64,000 nucleotides of DNA, taken from contig CAVNZM010000002.1 in the NCBI GenBank assembly GCA_963693365.1, positions 15,843,615 through 15,907,614 of the forward strand, given 5' to 3'. Both the position numbers and the translations under genes were made by a program. Below are positions 1-40,377 of the stretch, piece by piece. The DNA comes from Amoebidium appalachense (lineage: Eukaryota > Protista > Ichthyosporea). Position 1 is the first letter of the stretch; every line of letters starts with the position of its first letter. The notes below the pieces were generated by a model. The model saw only the letters and a list, made by a program, of their open reading frames with translations. It was not told the origin of the DNA and searched no databases.

Positions 1-255
1 GTGATAGGAGCACACACGTGCACATGATGGGAGCACACACGTGCACATGATGGGGGCACACACGTGCACATGATGGGGGCACACACGTGCACGTGATGGG
101 AGCACATGTGCACGTGACAAGGGGCAAACATGTGCACGTGATAGGGCCACACATGTGCGAGTGGTAGGGGCACACATGCGTACATAGTTAGGGTACACAA
201 ATGATAGCCTCGTAGTACACACGTGATATGAGCGCACACGTGATAGCAACACACG
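1..255. repeat. Degenerate ~23-bp minisatellite (RTGATGGGRGCACACACGTGCAC), intronic
   Basis: Tandem units such as gtgataggagcacacacgtgcac / atgatgggagcacacacgtgcac, decaying to the right. Confidence 0.85.
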
Positions 256-315
256 AAGATGCTCACGGACACCCGCGAGCGCGCACACACGCATGCACGC
301 GCACGCGCGCGCGCG

Positions 316-2479
<2,164 letters not shown>

Positions 2480-3189
2480 GGTGGTGAACTCGGTCTGGCT
2501 TGGTTATGGTTTTGGTTGTTTGCTAATTCGTGTACATGTGCTGCAGATGAAATGATGTAGATTTGGTCCACGCCCGGCCAACTAAAGCTGATACATTCAC
2601 TGTTTGTAGAAGGCTTAGAATTTGCTTCTAAATCTGAACATGCCAAATCAACAATGATCAAGTGCACAGATTCCATCCATGCATGTAAAAAAGAAAACTT
2701 ACGTGAATATACTAAATGAAAGTGGTGATCTGATCAGGAGTCGAGGGTGTATATGCGTGTGGTAAGAGCGAAAGTAGACCAGTAAAATCGACGTTAGGCT
2801 ACCAGCACAAGGCGACAGACGAGGATGACAGAAAGACAAGGTATTGGATTGTGTTTGAGCCCTTGCATGACTACAGTGCAAAGGGCTACTTTTCCCCGTT
2901 TATATAAGGCCGCTGGTATTAGACAAAGTAGCTGCGTGATATGCAGCCAACCAAGTGAAGTGGCTCTAGTCTTTCAATTTTCGAAAATTCAAAGTCTCCG
3001 TAGTGTATACGGGACCGCGGCTCCAGCTCAGTGGCCAACAAAAATGAGATAACTTGGCATTATATGCATACCAAATTACTACACGCTGACTTTCTTTGTT
3101 TGAACACATCGAAATACGCGAAGCTACATGCGACATGCTGTCTGTCCCAACTGCCACCTGGCCGCCTGGCCGGATATCATTTCCAGTAA

Positions 3190-3297
3190 CCAATCACACT
3201 GTTCGATTGAAGATGAAATGTAGCCAATCATCTTGTTTTGACATCTCGAATCGCAATTAAATTGGTGCATCTAGGTTAATGCCTAATGCATGATTGG
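3190..3297. promoter_or_regulatory. Cluster of CCAAT boxes upstream of the GT2 gene
   Basis: CCAAT/ATTGG at 3190, 3224, 3261 and 3293 in a non-repetitive stretch. Similar clusters precede other genes in the window. Confidence 0.4.
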
Positions 3298-3982
3298 CCT
3301 ATCTTAGATCTGTCAAGATTCAGTTCTGTTGATGCCTACCGTGGCGTGTCACCACGCTGCGACTGACACTGGATCTTCCACGTGTAAAGGCTGCGAGAGA
3401 AGAAGATGAGGGTCCATTACATGGCAAGCGAGTGCACTTCTTTCTTTCTTTTTTTTTTTTCCGTGATGAATATTATACTGGCCAAGGCCGTACACACCTG
3501 CGCATGCATGATGGCACCGTCGCGCGCGCCGCCGTCGGGCATGTACAGGACCGTCCGCGATCGCTTGGCAATATTGATCCCGCCCCGCCGGCATGCATGT
3601 ATTACTCCTCCTCAGTCGCCCCCCATCCCCCCCCCCCCCCTCCCCTCCCCCTTCGAATTTCCCGTTACGGTACGGCAAGCTCCTCCTCATCCTCCCCACT
3701 CCCCCCGGGACCCTATAGCTAAGCCTGCTTCGAATATAATTCCCCGGCCCCCCCGGCCCCATGGACGTGCACCACCACCACCATGCCGCCACTAGTGCAC
3801 CACCGCCCCTCTCTGTCACTGCTAGTTTATAGCTAAGGCAGTAAACTGTACATGTAACTGTGCGGTGTAGCCCACCGCAGCTGGCAGCTCCCCAAGCACA
3901 TGCACATTGCACCTGCATGCATTCCACCTAGACCTAATTATTGTATACTAGTATGTACTAGTTTCAATATATATATATTAGT

Positions 3983-4330
3983 TAAGGCATTTAAATTTTT
4001 GATTTGAGAATGAGGGGGTGGGCAGTAGTAAGTATTGATTGAGGCCCCCCCACTGGTGGGTCCCCCCCCTCCCCCTACCCACCTGCTCGCGAGGGGATGG
4101 TGGGTCCCCCCCCCCCCCCCTCCCCCCCCCCCCCCCCCCCCCCACCTCCGGGGGGAAGGGGGGACCAACCTCTTTGGTGGGGTGGTGGCACTGGTGGGTC
4201 CCCCCCCCCCCCCCCCCCCCCCTCCCTCCCCCCGGCGCGCGGGGAATCCAACAGGACCCTCCGCCTCGGCCACGGCTGCGTACCCTCTCAAGTTCTGGGA
4301 GGCTCGCCTCCCCCCCCCCTCTCATCCACC
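3983..4330 (+). repeat. Interspersed repeat related to the element at 60577-61635
   Basis: atttttgatttgagaatgagggg (~3995-4017) matches atttttgactttgagaatggggg (60581-60603). Both are followed by repeated GGTGGGTCCCCC motifs. Confidence 0.55.
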
Positions 4331-4860
4331 ACCATCACCAGCTGCATTAGGTTTGTACGAAGTCTTCTTCCCTTCGTTTTAATTAACCGGCACTTCGAAT
4401 TTTGACAAATTTAGGGCAAATCTATCATGCACAACATGTCGCTGGGAGCGCGCGTCTGCAATTTTTGTGCGGTGTAGACGTGGGACCGTGTGTGTATGTG
4501 TCCTTATATATACGTACATACTGGAACACGAAGGAGCAATCCATACATAATCACACACTAGTATCATTGCACCATCGATGTCATAGAGCACAAAAGTGCT
4601 GAAACGGCCATGCTTGGTAAGGAGAGGCCAGCCCGTTAATCGAACCACAAAAGTGCTGAGAAGCAGAGAGGGTGCAAGATCTTTTTGTTTTTTCTTGGGA
4701 TGAGGGGGGGAGGGGAGGGGAGGAGGAGGGGGGGGGGGGGGGGGGGGAGAGGGGGGGGAAGTATACGAAGAGCATCGGGCACGTAAGGACGGGAGAAGAG
4801 TGGGGGGGACTTGAAATATAATCTTTTGAAAGCAACAGCCCGGTGGAGGAATGTGCATTG

Positions 4861-4915
<55 letters not shown>

Positions 4916-5720
4916 TGCGCGTGTGCGTGTGCGTGTGCGTGTATGTGTGACGGTGTAACGGTTTGTGTGCGCGTTTGTGTGCTGGCTTGAGGGATTGCAG
5001 GGAGAAAGAAAGAGGGCCAAAAGGGTGAAGAAGGGGAAGGGGGGGGAAGAGGGAAGGAGGAGGGGAAGAGTGGGGAGCATGTAGCATATGAAAGCCTTGT
5101 GAAGAGTAATGCGCCGAGAAAATCATATCCTCAGGCTGAACTCTCCCCCCCCCCTCCCCCCCCCCCTCCCCCCCCCTCCCCCCGGCCTCCCCCCTCCCCC
5201 CCCCCCCCCTCGAGTCCAAATATGCACCCCACTCCACGTTCTTCGATAAATGCGAACCGTCCGGGCAAGGCTTTGTAATAGTTGCTAGGGTCTTATCACA
5301 GGTCAAAGTTGCAACCTCGGGCTGTTTAGGTGAGCCCAGCAAACCAAAAAATGTTTTCAAAACGTAACATGGCTTAAAAAGGAAACAGGAAGGCACTGAA
5401 AGCAGGTCAAAAAGGAACGAGGGAGAGAGAGGAAGGGGCGACCAGAACGAGAAAGCGCGCCGGTCATTTCGCAGGCAGAGTGACTCATCGATATCACATT
5501 TTGATTGGTTAGGTTGTATTATGTAATGTCGCAAAAATAGCAACGGCAATCGGATTTGCTAGTTATCATGCATTGTTTTAGGCTCCAAAGGGCACATGAG
5601 TCGTGTATATCCGGACTTGAAAAAGCTCAGTGGCCCCTGCATTCCACTCACTTCATATATGTTTGTTTTTTTTCCCGCTTTTCCTTCTGTAGAAACCTGT
5701 CAGAGGGCAGAAAGAGAAGA

Positions 5721-17816
<12,096 letters not shown>

Positions 17817-19705
17817 AGCTTGGGTGTAGTGGCCACTGAGCTCGGTTTCGTAAGTGGCAAGGCTACGTGATTCCCTCGAGGTATCAAGTGGATGGTGGAG
17901 GGTTGCCGGTCATGGTGTGTTTTAGACCGTTTGTTTGTTTTCTTGTTTGGATAGGGTGGTGTGGATGGTAGTACTGGCTGGGCTTGGAGGGCCCAGCTTT
18001 TATTTAGTCTAAGCTGTGTTTCTGTTTTATTTTTATTGTTATTTTTTGTTATCGTGCTTATCTTTTGTGTAATAAAGATGGGTCATAATTGTCATAGCAG
18101 CTTGTGGTTGCCTGAGGCAGCCTAGTTGTTGGCATGCAGCCAATAAACAAATATTCACTTGCTCAGGCTGACCGGAGACGTGGCAGAGTTGGAAATGTAC
18201 ATGTTTTTGTTTCTGAGCTTAGGGTACTCCCATCCCTGCCATCTCTCAATTTCATATCTGAGACTTGTTGCGGTGCTCCCTGGTGGTATGCCGCCAGCAT
18301 TCTAGTTTGAACTACCTTCCACGACTGGGCGCACACAAGTCACAGAGGGAACAAGCCCTACGTGGTTGTAAGCTGGTGGTGGCCCGGTATGTTGCATCTA
18401 CGTGACTGCATATATGTACCGTGATCACGAATGTTTTTGCCAACGTGCTTCGAATTTGCAAGGCATTGTTGTGGACGGAAGGGACGGCCCGGACTCATGC
18501 ATGTATAATGGCTATGTACCCGTACAGTGATTGAGATGGTGGTGGTGGCCAAATATATTAATGATGATGGTGGTGGCGGTGCACGCGATTCTCGGTGGTG
18601 GTGGTGTCGGGTGGTGGTGGTGGGTGGGTGGGTACCGAACCGGTGGGTGGGTGGGTGGGGGGGGTGGGGGGGGGAAGGAAAGGAGGGGGGGCTGCCAAAG
18701 TCTTCCGCCCTCTTTAAAGGTTTGACATGTGAATCACCTCAAGGATTGAAGCACGATTGCAACATCGATCACGATGACCTGGCGCACATGTGCACATGTG
18801 CGCATGCATGCACATGGTGTTTACGTCCAACCGTCCTGTGCACAATATCATAGCTAAAATTTCATGCGCATGCATCTTTCCAGGATCGCATGGCACCTTT
18901 AACCCACCCCACCCCCCCACCATAGAGTCCACCACCCCACCACCCCCACCCCCACCCTCACTTAGTCACCCACACGTCGCAGACGCCCCTGTGACGTCAT
19001 TAGTGATGGGAAACCCAATCAGATGCGAGTCCCCAAATAATCCATATATGGCGCTCCACGTAGACTTTCTATTGGTACGGTAGCTTCAAAGAATTCAGTT
19101 TGCTGCTTTGACCTCAGCCAATGAGAATATGGTTCTTCCAGAGGGGGGTAAAGTTGGCTCACTTCACCCAGGGGCCAGGGCATTGGTTTTGCCTTTTTCT
19201 TTACTCATAAACATTCAAAAAACAAACTACTTCAAAACTAAAATGCTTCAAAGAAACAATAACAATTGTAGTATAATACAGAATAGTTACTCCAAATCTA
19301 AGAGTTGCGAGTCTTTGGTCAATGGTCCATAGACTATGGCCGACAGTCGACTGGAACAATCTATCCATAAAAGGCAGGCTTTTCGACTATAAAAATCTTT
19401 TGGTGCAAACTTCGCTCAAGGCTTTGGAACGGAGTCGCAACCCCAGTGTGTGGTTTGCTCTGTTTCATTTTTATCTTTCTTCTTCAAAGCATCGGATTTG
19501 TGCTGCAGCAAAAAAGGTACCGATTTTTTTGTGTAGAACACAGTTTTGCTGTATTTAGAAGGCAGTTGACTCAGCCTTGGGCTGCCCTTTAGTGCTGTGC
19601 TGACTGAAGGTTGATGAAGTGTTGGTGTGGGAACCACCTCAATTTGGGAATTCACTCACATTCAAGTTTTCGAGTTCTGACAAGTGCGCTTCTACAGTTT
19701 CAAGC

Positions 19706-21514
19706 ATGGCTGCCCCTGTGCCCTTCAAGTACCAGGAGCTGTTGCCTCTTCCTAACAAGCACGACCCGGAATGGGTGCACTTGAGCAAGGAACATGTGTC
19801 CACGATCAACGTCAATGGCAAGGAGATCCTGCAGGTACGTGTATATGTGCAAGTGCCTGTGTAGTTGTACGTGTATGTGAGAGCATGTGTGCATATACGT
19901 GGCATATAAGGGTTGCACCTGTGTACGTGTGTGTGAATGTGCTTGTATAAGGAGATAGTGTGACACGTCGGACTGTTTCGAAGCAAACCTTACTTGTTGG
20001 GTACCTGTGGGTGTTTCCTTAAATTCCCGACCCACCATCCACATAGGTCTCGTACGAGGGCCTTCGCCAGCTCTCAGCCACGGCCATGAAGCACGTCAAT
20101 TTCCTTCTGCGCTCGTCCCACCTGGAGTCTCTGTCCAACATCTTGAAGGACCCCGAGGCCTCAGGCAACGACCGGTTCGTTGCTATGGAGCTGCTCAAGA
20201 ACGCCTGCATTGCTTCGGGCTTTGAGCTGCCCTCTTGCCAGGCAAGTGACACTGTTGCCTGTGTTTAGGGTTGCTAGCCATATCTCTTTCAACTCTTCCA
20301 CAACACACTTGACACCAACACTTGGTTTTTCCCCTCCCCCCCCCCCCCCCCTCCCCCCCCCTTCTCAACCCTTCTATAACACATTTTACACCACCCACTT
20401 TGTCTCCCCCCCCCCCCCCCCCCTTCCTCCCCCTTACCCCCCCTCCCTCTTTCACCAGGCCCCGCTTGTGGCAACTCTCTGGTCTTTTCCTCATACCTCT
20501 CCACTTTGCAGGGTTTCTAACAGGCCCCGCCTCCTATCCTACAGGACACAGGCACTGCCATTGTGATGGGCAAGAAGGGTCAGTACGTGTGGACGGACGA
20601 GAAGGACGAGGAGGCACTGGCCCATGGTGTGTATGACACATACACACAGTGCAACTTGCGCTACAGCCAGATGGCCCCCCTTAACATGTACGATGAGGTT
20701 AGCACAAAGTGCAACCTTCCCGCACAAATCGAGCTCTACTCTGTTCCGGGCAACGAGTACAACTTCCTGTTTGTGGCTAAGGGTGGTGGATCCGCCAACA
20801 AGACTTATCTATTCCAGGAGACCAAGGCCCTGCTCAACCCCACTTCTCTGAAGAAGTTCGTGGCTAAGAAGATCAGGTGTGTTTGCCAGACCTGTGTGTG
20901 TGTTCAGTCTGTAGGTTACTGTAAATGCGATATGGGGCTTAGCAGGAGGAGTTGCCGGGGAGGGGGAGGGGAGTTGTGGGTGCTGGAGGGGAGGGGGGGG
21001 GGAGGAGGAAGACGTTCTCAGGGGTGGGGATCGCCGTGCAGCTGAGGTTTGGCGAGCAAGGGGAATGTTCCCAGGGGAAGCCGTGGGGGAAGAGGGGGGG
21101 GGAGGCGGGGGGGGATTGTGTGGATATATGGAATATGCTTTGGTTACATGGATCCTGTCCGGGAGGAAAAGGGAAGGGGGGGGGGGGGGGGAGGGGGGGG
21201 GGTTGAAAGGGGAGGAATTGGTGCAGAATGAATAATGTTGTTGTTGTTGCATACAATTGGGGACCGTTGCCCTTTACCTTGTATATGGGGCTGTTCTGTG
21301 GTGTAGCCATGAAACGGGCTGTGTAATTCTAGGTTAGCCCCTGACACGTGTCACTTAGGTCTATCGGCACGTCTGCATGCCCACCCTACCACCTTGCCCT
21401 GGTGATTGGCGGCACCTCGGCCGAGTTCAACCTGAAGGTCGTCAAGCTGGCCAGCACCCACTACCTCGACGGCCTGCCCACCACTGGCAACGAAACTGGC
21501 CAAGGTTGGTTCCT

Positions 21515-21553
<39 letters not shown>

Positions 21554-21986
21554 AACCCCCACCCACCCACCCACACATTCTTCACACAAACATGGACTCC
21601 TAAAGGGACTGAGGCACGGAGCCTTCATCTACCGCCAAAAGCATTATTGGTGGTGGTGGTGGTGGGGGGTGGGTGGGGGGGGGGGGGGGGGGGAGAGGGG
21701 GGGGGGGTTGCATGGGGTGTGGCTGCCCCCACACTCAAGCACAACCTGGGCTTCATTTCTTTCTGCATGAGGCTGCTCCCCCCTTCCCCCCACCCCCACC
21801 CCCCACCCCCCCGCCCCCCGCCCCCCTCTCTCTCCCGGGGGGTTTTTCCAATCCTATTTTTTTGCCGATTTCCCCGTCTGCTCGTTTCCAATACTTTCAT
21901 TTTTCTGACATGGCTACCATGCAGCATTCCGGGACCTTGAGATGGAGGCCGAGATTCTGAAGCTGTGCCAGGAGACCGGCATTGGT

Positions 21987-22018
<32 letters not shown>

Positions 22019-22466
22019 TGTGCGGGTCATCCGCCTGACCCGCCACGGTGCCTCGTGTCCCGTGGGCATGGGTGTGTCCTGCTCGGCTGATCGTCAGATC
22101 AAGGCCAAGGTGTGTCTTCTGTGTGGGTTATGGGAACATGATGGCTGCTGGCACGGAAGAAGCGGGGGGGAGGGGGGAGGGGGGGGAGGGGGGGGGGTGA
22201 AGAGGCTGTGGATGGCTGCTTTTTTTTTGGGGGGGGGGGGGGGGGGGGGGGAGGGGCCGTGGATGGTTGGGGGGGGGGGGGGACTTCGTGGTGTTCTTTA
22301 TGAATAAATAAAGGTAGATTGAAGTGGTGGTGGTTGGGGGGGCGCGGGGGGAGGGGGTATGAAGGAGGCAGTTTTTTGTGACTGTTTGGTGGTGTCTGTG
22401 TGTGTGCGTGTGCCTGTAATTGGCAGTGGTGATGGTGGTGTGTGTGTGTGGTGTGTGTGTGTGTGT

Positions 22467-22508
<42 letters not shown>

Positions 22509-23110
22509 GGGGGGAGGGCTCGTGTGTGCGTGTGTGTGTGTGTGTGGGGGGTAACTTTCAATTGGAACCAAAGGCTCATGAATACCCCATTCCTCGATCT
22601 GGGTAGGTGCCACTAGTTGCATTGCATGTATTGATTTGAGTCTTTGCAGATCACAAAGGAGGGTCTGTTTGTGGAGCAGCTGGAGACCGACCCAGCCAAG
22701 TATCTACCCGAGATCCCTGCAGCCCCTGCCGGCACCACGGCTGATGTGGTGCCAATCGACCTTAATCGGCCCATGAAGGAGATCCTGGCCACCCTGTCCA
22801 AGTACCCCGTCAGGACGCGCCTGACCCTCACAGGCACCATCATTGTGGGCCGTGACATTGCCCACGCCAAGTGGAAGGAGCGCCTTGATCGTGGTAGGTG
22901 GCTGCTTGCTGCTTGGCTGGAACGGGGGGCTGTAATTGTTATATGCGTGTGAGGGTTTTGGCAGGGTACTGGGAGAGATTATTTCCGGGATTGTGTGCGT
23001 GTTGTGTGGTAGGGCTCAAAGGGAACTGAGGTTATGGTGAGCTGTAGCAGAGGCAAGGTGTTTCTGGGACGTGTCTGTGTGTGTTTTCCCCGGTAGTGGT
23101 TTTTTTTTTG

Positions 23111-23155
<45 letters not shown>

Positions 23156-24174
23156 GAAGGCTCACTGCACTGTGAGGAGTGGTTGGTGAATGGGTTAGAG
23201 GCGCTATGGGTGTATGCGTGTGTACATGTTCCGGGTTAGGTGTCGTTTTTTTTTTTTTTTTTTTTTTTTGGGGGGGGGGGTTGGGGGGGTTGGAAGGCGA
23301 GATGTGGAGATGATGGAAGCAGGACTTACACAACAGCATGCTGACTGCTTCTTGTTCAGGCGAGGGTCTGCCTCAGTACATCAAGGACCACCCGATCTAC
23401 TATGCCGGCCCAGCCAAGACCCCCAAGGGCATGCCCAGCGGCTCCTTTGGCCCCACCACTGCCGGCCGCATGGACTCCTATGTGGGTCTGTTCCAGTCCC
23501 ACGGTGGCTCCCTCATCACCCTCGCAAAGGGCAACCGCAGGTGTGTATAATTACCCCTCTCCCCCCCCCCCCCATCCCCCCCCTCTCCCCCCTCCCTCCC
23601 CTCGGTACACTCACCTCCACCCACCCTTTGGAGAGAAGGTTGGTGGTGTTTCTCAAGCAACAAGCAAAGACATTATACATGCAAAAAGGGTGGTTTTCCA
23701 GACCATTTTTTCCTTGTCAATCGTTAGTCAAACGGCCTTGTATTTGTCGCCATCCCCACTCACCGACCCTCTGTTGCAGTGCGGATGTGACCAATGCCTG
23801 CAAGCAGAATGGTGGCTTCTATCTGGGCTCCATCGGTGGTCCGGCTGCTGCCCTTGCAAAGGACGCAATCAAGAAGGTACTGCATTCAAACCCTCCCCCC
23901 CCCCCCCCCAAAAAAAAAAAATAAAAAAATAAATAAATAAAATAAAAATACCCACCCTTCCACCCTTTCTATTCCTTCCAAAGCTGGGGACATACACCTC
24001 CCATTCCTGCTTACCATTCCTCTTTCGTTTGCTTGAAGTTTACAGATATGGTCTTACGGGCAGGCATTGTCTTTAGAGCCCCTCTCGCGAAAGCGTGAAT
24101 ATCTCCCCCCCCCCCCCCCTCTCCCCCCCAACCACCACCACCACACAACACACAACACACACACACACACACAT

Positions 24175-24231
<57 letters not shown>

Positions 24232-24537
24232 ACTCTTTCCTCCTCCTCTCTTGACAGCCCCTTCTTTCTTTCTGTTATCCCCTCTCCACCTTGAAAGCAA
24301 CAAGCCAACCGCATCCAAACTAATCAACTGCCCCCTTAGGTCGAGCTGATCGAGTACCCCGAACTTGGTATGGAGGCTGTGTACAAGATCGAGGTAGTTG
24401 ACTTCCCGGCCTTCATTGTGGTGGACGACAAGGGCAACGATCTGTATGCTGAGCTGCTCAATGACACCCCTGCACCCCCCACGGCATGTGCTACGTGCCC
24501 CTCAAAGGAGGCCTGTGCTGCACTCGGCAAGCACTGA
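19706..24537 (+). CDS. fumA: Class I (Fe-S) fumarate hydratase, FumA/FumB type, 9 exons
   Basis: Exons 19706-19834, 20047-20241, 20545-20876, 21359-21504, 21925-22109, 22650-22893, 23360-23540, 23780-23876, 24340-24537. Motifs CQDTG (spanning a GC-AG intron), [66 protein letters not shown]. Confidence 0.95.
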
Positions 24538-25499
24538 TGACGCAAGGAGGCATGTTTGGTGTGTTGCTAGATGAAACCGGGTAGGGGGCTGTGTGGGATA
24601 CGCACGTAGTTACTGGGGTAGAGCTAGCAGGCTATGCATGTGCTGGTGTTCAGTCTATGTGCTAGCCTAGGACTAATTCTGTAATAGTGGAGATACAAGA
24701 GATAATGCGCCTCGTACCTGTTTGTGTGCTTACAGGTATCGTACGGCAGCAAAAAATCAACATAATCAAGGTAAAAGAAAAAAACTAGACGGGAACGGGG
24801 ATCAGGTTTAGTTGTGCAGGCTTTGAGCCTGCAAGCGTGTATGCGCACATGTCTCCGTTTCCTTGTTTTTTAGCGGCACTTTGTACTTATCACTAGGTGC
24901 TGCCAAGTATCTTTAGTGCCCATATATACGGCCCGTTATTTTCTTTATCAATTTTATAACCAGAAATAAAAACTACAACATTTTTTTACCCGTGCACCAC
25001 GGTGACCACCGCCACCACCCACCCGCCGTTGGCTAAACAAAAAGCCTCGGAAACTTTCGCGACACGCCGGAACAACCACCCATGCACACCAGCTAAGGTA
25101 GCTCTTATATCCGAGGGAGAAAAATGAAAGCAGAGTCGCAATCGACGGCTGCAGCCAATACCTGGGTCAGCCTAAGAGATGTGCAAGCATATGCGCGAAT
25201 TTTGCCATAATGATGTATGTGCATGCAATCGCACCCGTAAAAAAAAAGGTTTTTATAAAACAAACAAAAGAGTAGGAATAATATGCGCATACACTAAGTC
25301 TTGCGATGCATGTCACATTTTGTTTACCCAGCCTTAACTACCTGCACATGCCCGAGTCCCCTCCCCCCCGTGCACCTCCCCCCCCCTCTCCCCGGAGCTT
25401 TGGCCACCACCTTTCCAACCCTCCCCCCGCCTCAACACGTACACACACACATACACACACACACACACACACACAAACACACACCACCATGCTGCCCCC

Positions 25500-25530
<31 letters not shown>

Positions 25531-26060
25531 ACCACCACCACCACCACCACCGACGACGACGACCACCACCACCACACACACACACACATACTCCACACCA
25601 AACCTCAGTCATGACGTCAACGTATGTGGGACCCCCAAGTTCAGGACAGGATTTGCGATCGAATCTTGAATAATCGGGCAAGATCGATCCTAAGGTGCTT
25701 ACTGCTGGCTGCTGCCTGATGCCCGGAGACGCCTCGAGCTCAGCTGCCCGTGAGCTCACGCGGTATATACCGCTGCAAGTTTGTAGCTTTGAGTGCTCTT
25801 TTTTTTTTTTTTTAACAGCACCCAACACAGTATACGGCGAGGGCACATTAGTTAGCTCGTGTGCACCTCACGGTGTGGAAAACAGTGGCTGTGTGCCGCT
25901 GCAGGAGTGTGCATGGTTGACTTACGAACCTTGTGTGACTGGCACCAATCCGTTGACACCACACGTATGAGAAGCTTTACATCTGTTGCATCTACTGCAT
26001 GCCAGTTTCTGAGCCCTTGTTCGCGTGTTTCCCCACCCCACCTCTCCCTTTGCCGGCACC

Positions 26061-37856
<11,796 letters not shown>

Positions 37857-40182
37857 GTGAATGCACTTACTGTATGCATGAATGATTTGGTAATGCCTCG
37901 TAATGATTGATGGACGGTATAGAATGGGAATGAAGACTGACTTATAAACGGGATTTGTGATATCTAGTGTGTGGTGTACATGCCACCTTTCAGACTTGAG
38001 ACCATACTGGCCAGCCGGCCGGCCATATGACTGGTTTTGTGTGAACGTAGATACCCGTGCAATTACTGAAATGCACACAGAGGCCGTTTTTTTTTTTTTA
38101 TTGTTCATAGTGGGTGACAAAGGCAAGCTTGTGAACGACGGGCTGCAGTATGCATATATGTGTATGTTGCAGTACAGACCATACTGTGGCGCGGGCACAC
38201 TAAAAACGGGTAGAAGCATTTGGCATGCTAAAACCGTCATGCACCTTGGTATTTGATATGTGATTAATAGGGTCCACGATGTCATGGCTTGCAAGCCGGT
38301 ACATATACGTACGAAGGTAGTGTATGTGGGCGTGTCCAAGAAGTCACGGCGCCGTATTACTGATCTTATATAAATACAATATTGGCCGTAACTATGCCCC
38401 TGGACGAACACTGAACTGATCAATCATGATACGACCTTCTGAGATTTCTTGAACAGACACGGGAGATCATCTTATTAAGTTACCAACAATCACCTTCATA
38501 CATATATCATCCCTTGTGATTTTTTCCCGTTTGTGGGGCTTTCAAACACAGGTACAGCCGTGCATACGCATCACAATCTCTTGAACATTCGCCACCTTGT
38601 ACCGGTATATACGTTTTCTTTCTGAGCACGCAACAAACTTCATCAGCACTGCACCCAAAGATATACATCATAAATCAGGATATTGACGTTTGCCTGTGCA
38701 ACCTGGCTCTCTAGTGTAAATGGACCCAGAACCACAGTCTATCGTCCACAATGTAATGCCGCCCAGCTGCCTGCAGCTCAGCATGGCTCAAGAACAGCTG
38801 CCAGCCATAGCAATCTATCACCTTACCCTCCACGGGTCTGCCTATTGCCTCAAAGACCGTTCGGCCGGGTTCTCCTGGCGCTTGGTTGGCGAGGTTGACG
38901 CAGTAAATCCTGTGACTCAGTTGGGGGCTGTGGTCCAGCAGGGTGACGGTGTAGCTGCGGAGAAATGGCCACTGCAGGCTGTCGTCTTTGGGTCCGGGCC
39001 TGAGCTCGAAGAAGACGGACACGTAGCCTTTTTTTGAGGCTTTCTCACCGCCAAAATACACCCTGACACCGAAGGCATAGCCCGCCGGCAATATGGCCTT
39101 GGGGCTAGAGTGGTAGGTACCAACCGAGTCGGAAAGCCGTGCAGCCACCTCCCCAAAAATCACCAGTGCCCCCTGGGTAAGCCGTGCACACCCTGCCACA
39201 TCGCCAGGGAAAAGGCGCTGGATCGGTAGCCCGCTACCCATCATGCGCCGTAGAGCCACCAGTTCTTGCCCGGCCAGCTCTTGGTGGATGGCTGCCGGCA
39301 GCCGTGCCTTCTTCAAGTCGGCCACCTCCCTCTCCAGCTCCGACTCCCGCTTGCGCCGGTGTTCATTTTCTGCAGCCAGCCGCCTGTTCTCGTCGGCCAG
39401 CAGGCGCATGTGGTGGGCCACGGCGCCGGCCATGTGTTGGTCGACCTGCGCCCGGGGCACGGTGGCCCCACAGCCGGCCACGGGGCAGCCCATCGGTGTG
39501 TGCGGGCACGTGTCGGCCCGGTGCACCTCCAGCAGCGGCCGCCCAACAACCGCCCCGCACTCACACTCGATCCGGCAGCCCGCTACGTGCGCTGCGTGGG
39601 CATAACAGGGTCAACACCAAATCCAAATGAATACCACGGAGCCATATATACATATTACGAATGCACGCAGGCAGGGCAGGCAGGCAGGGCAGGCAGGCAG
39701 GAAGGCAGATAGGCAGGCAGGCACGAGCGTGCCACCCTCCCTCCCCCCGCTCACTCTCCCTTCTTCCCCCCTTCCAATCCGCTCCCACCCACACTATTTG
39801 CGCGCACGTGCACGCACGCACGCACGACGTACGCACGCACGCACCCACGCACGCATCCCCCCCCCCCCCCCCCCCCCCCCACCCAACCACCCGCCCACTC
39901 CATGTACACACGCACACATGCACGCACGCATGCACAACCCCCCCCCCCCCCCCCCCTCCTTCGACCACTCTCCCCCCATCCCCCCGCCCACACTTCATCG
40001 CGCACGCACGCACACATGCATGCATACATGCACGCGCCCCCCCTCCTCCCCTTCCCCTCCCTCTCCCCCATCCCCACCCTACCCTCCCCCCACTCTATGC
40101 GCGTGCACGTACGCACGGGCGTGCACCCCCCCCCCCCCCCCCCCCCTCCGCCCCCCATCCCATCCCACCTCCGCCCACTCTG

Positions 40183-40184
40183 GG

Positions 40185-40260
<76 letters not shown>

Positions 40261-40262
40261 CA
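40183..40262. repeat. (GGCA)n tetranucleotide microsatellite
   Basis: Direct inspection. Confidence 0.9.
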
Positions 40263-40345
40263 CCCCCCCCCCCCCCCCCCCCCCCCACCACCACCACCAC
40301 CATCCCACCCAAACCCCGCCCACTCTGTGGACGCACACAAACACG

Positions 40346-40377
<32 letters not shown>

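Noticed and set aside
1-255. CRISPR-like array
   Set aside because: Contiguous degenerate units without unique spacers in a eukaryotic intron; it is a minisatellite.
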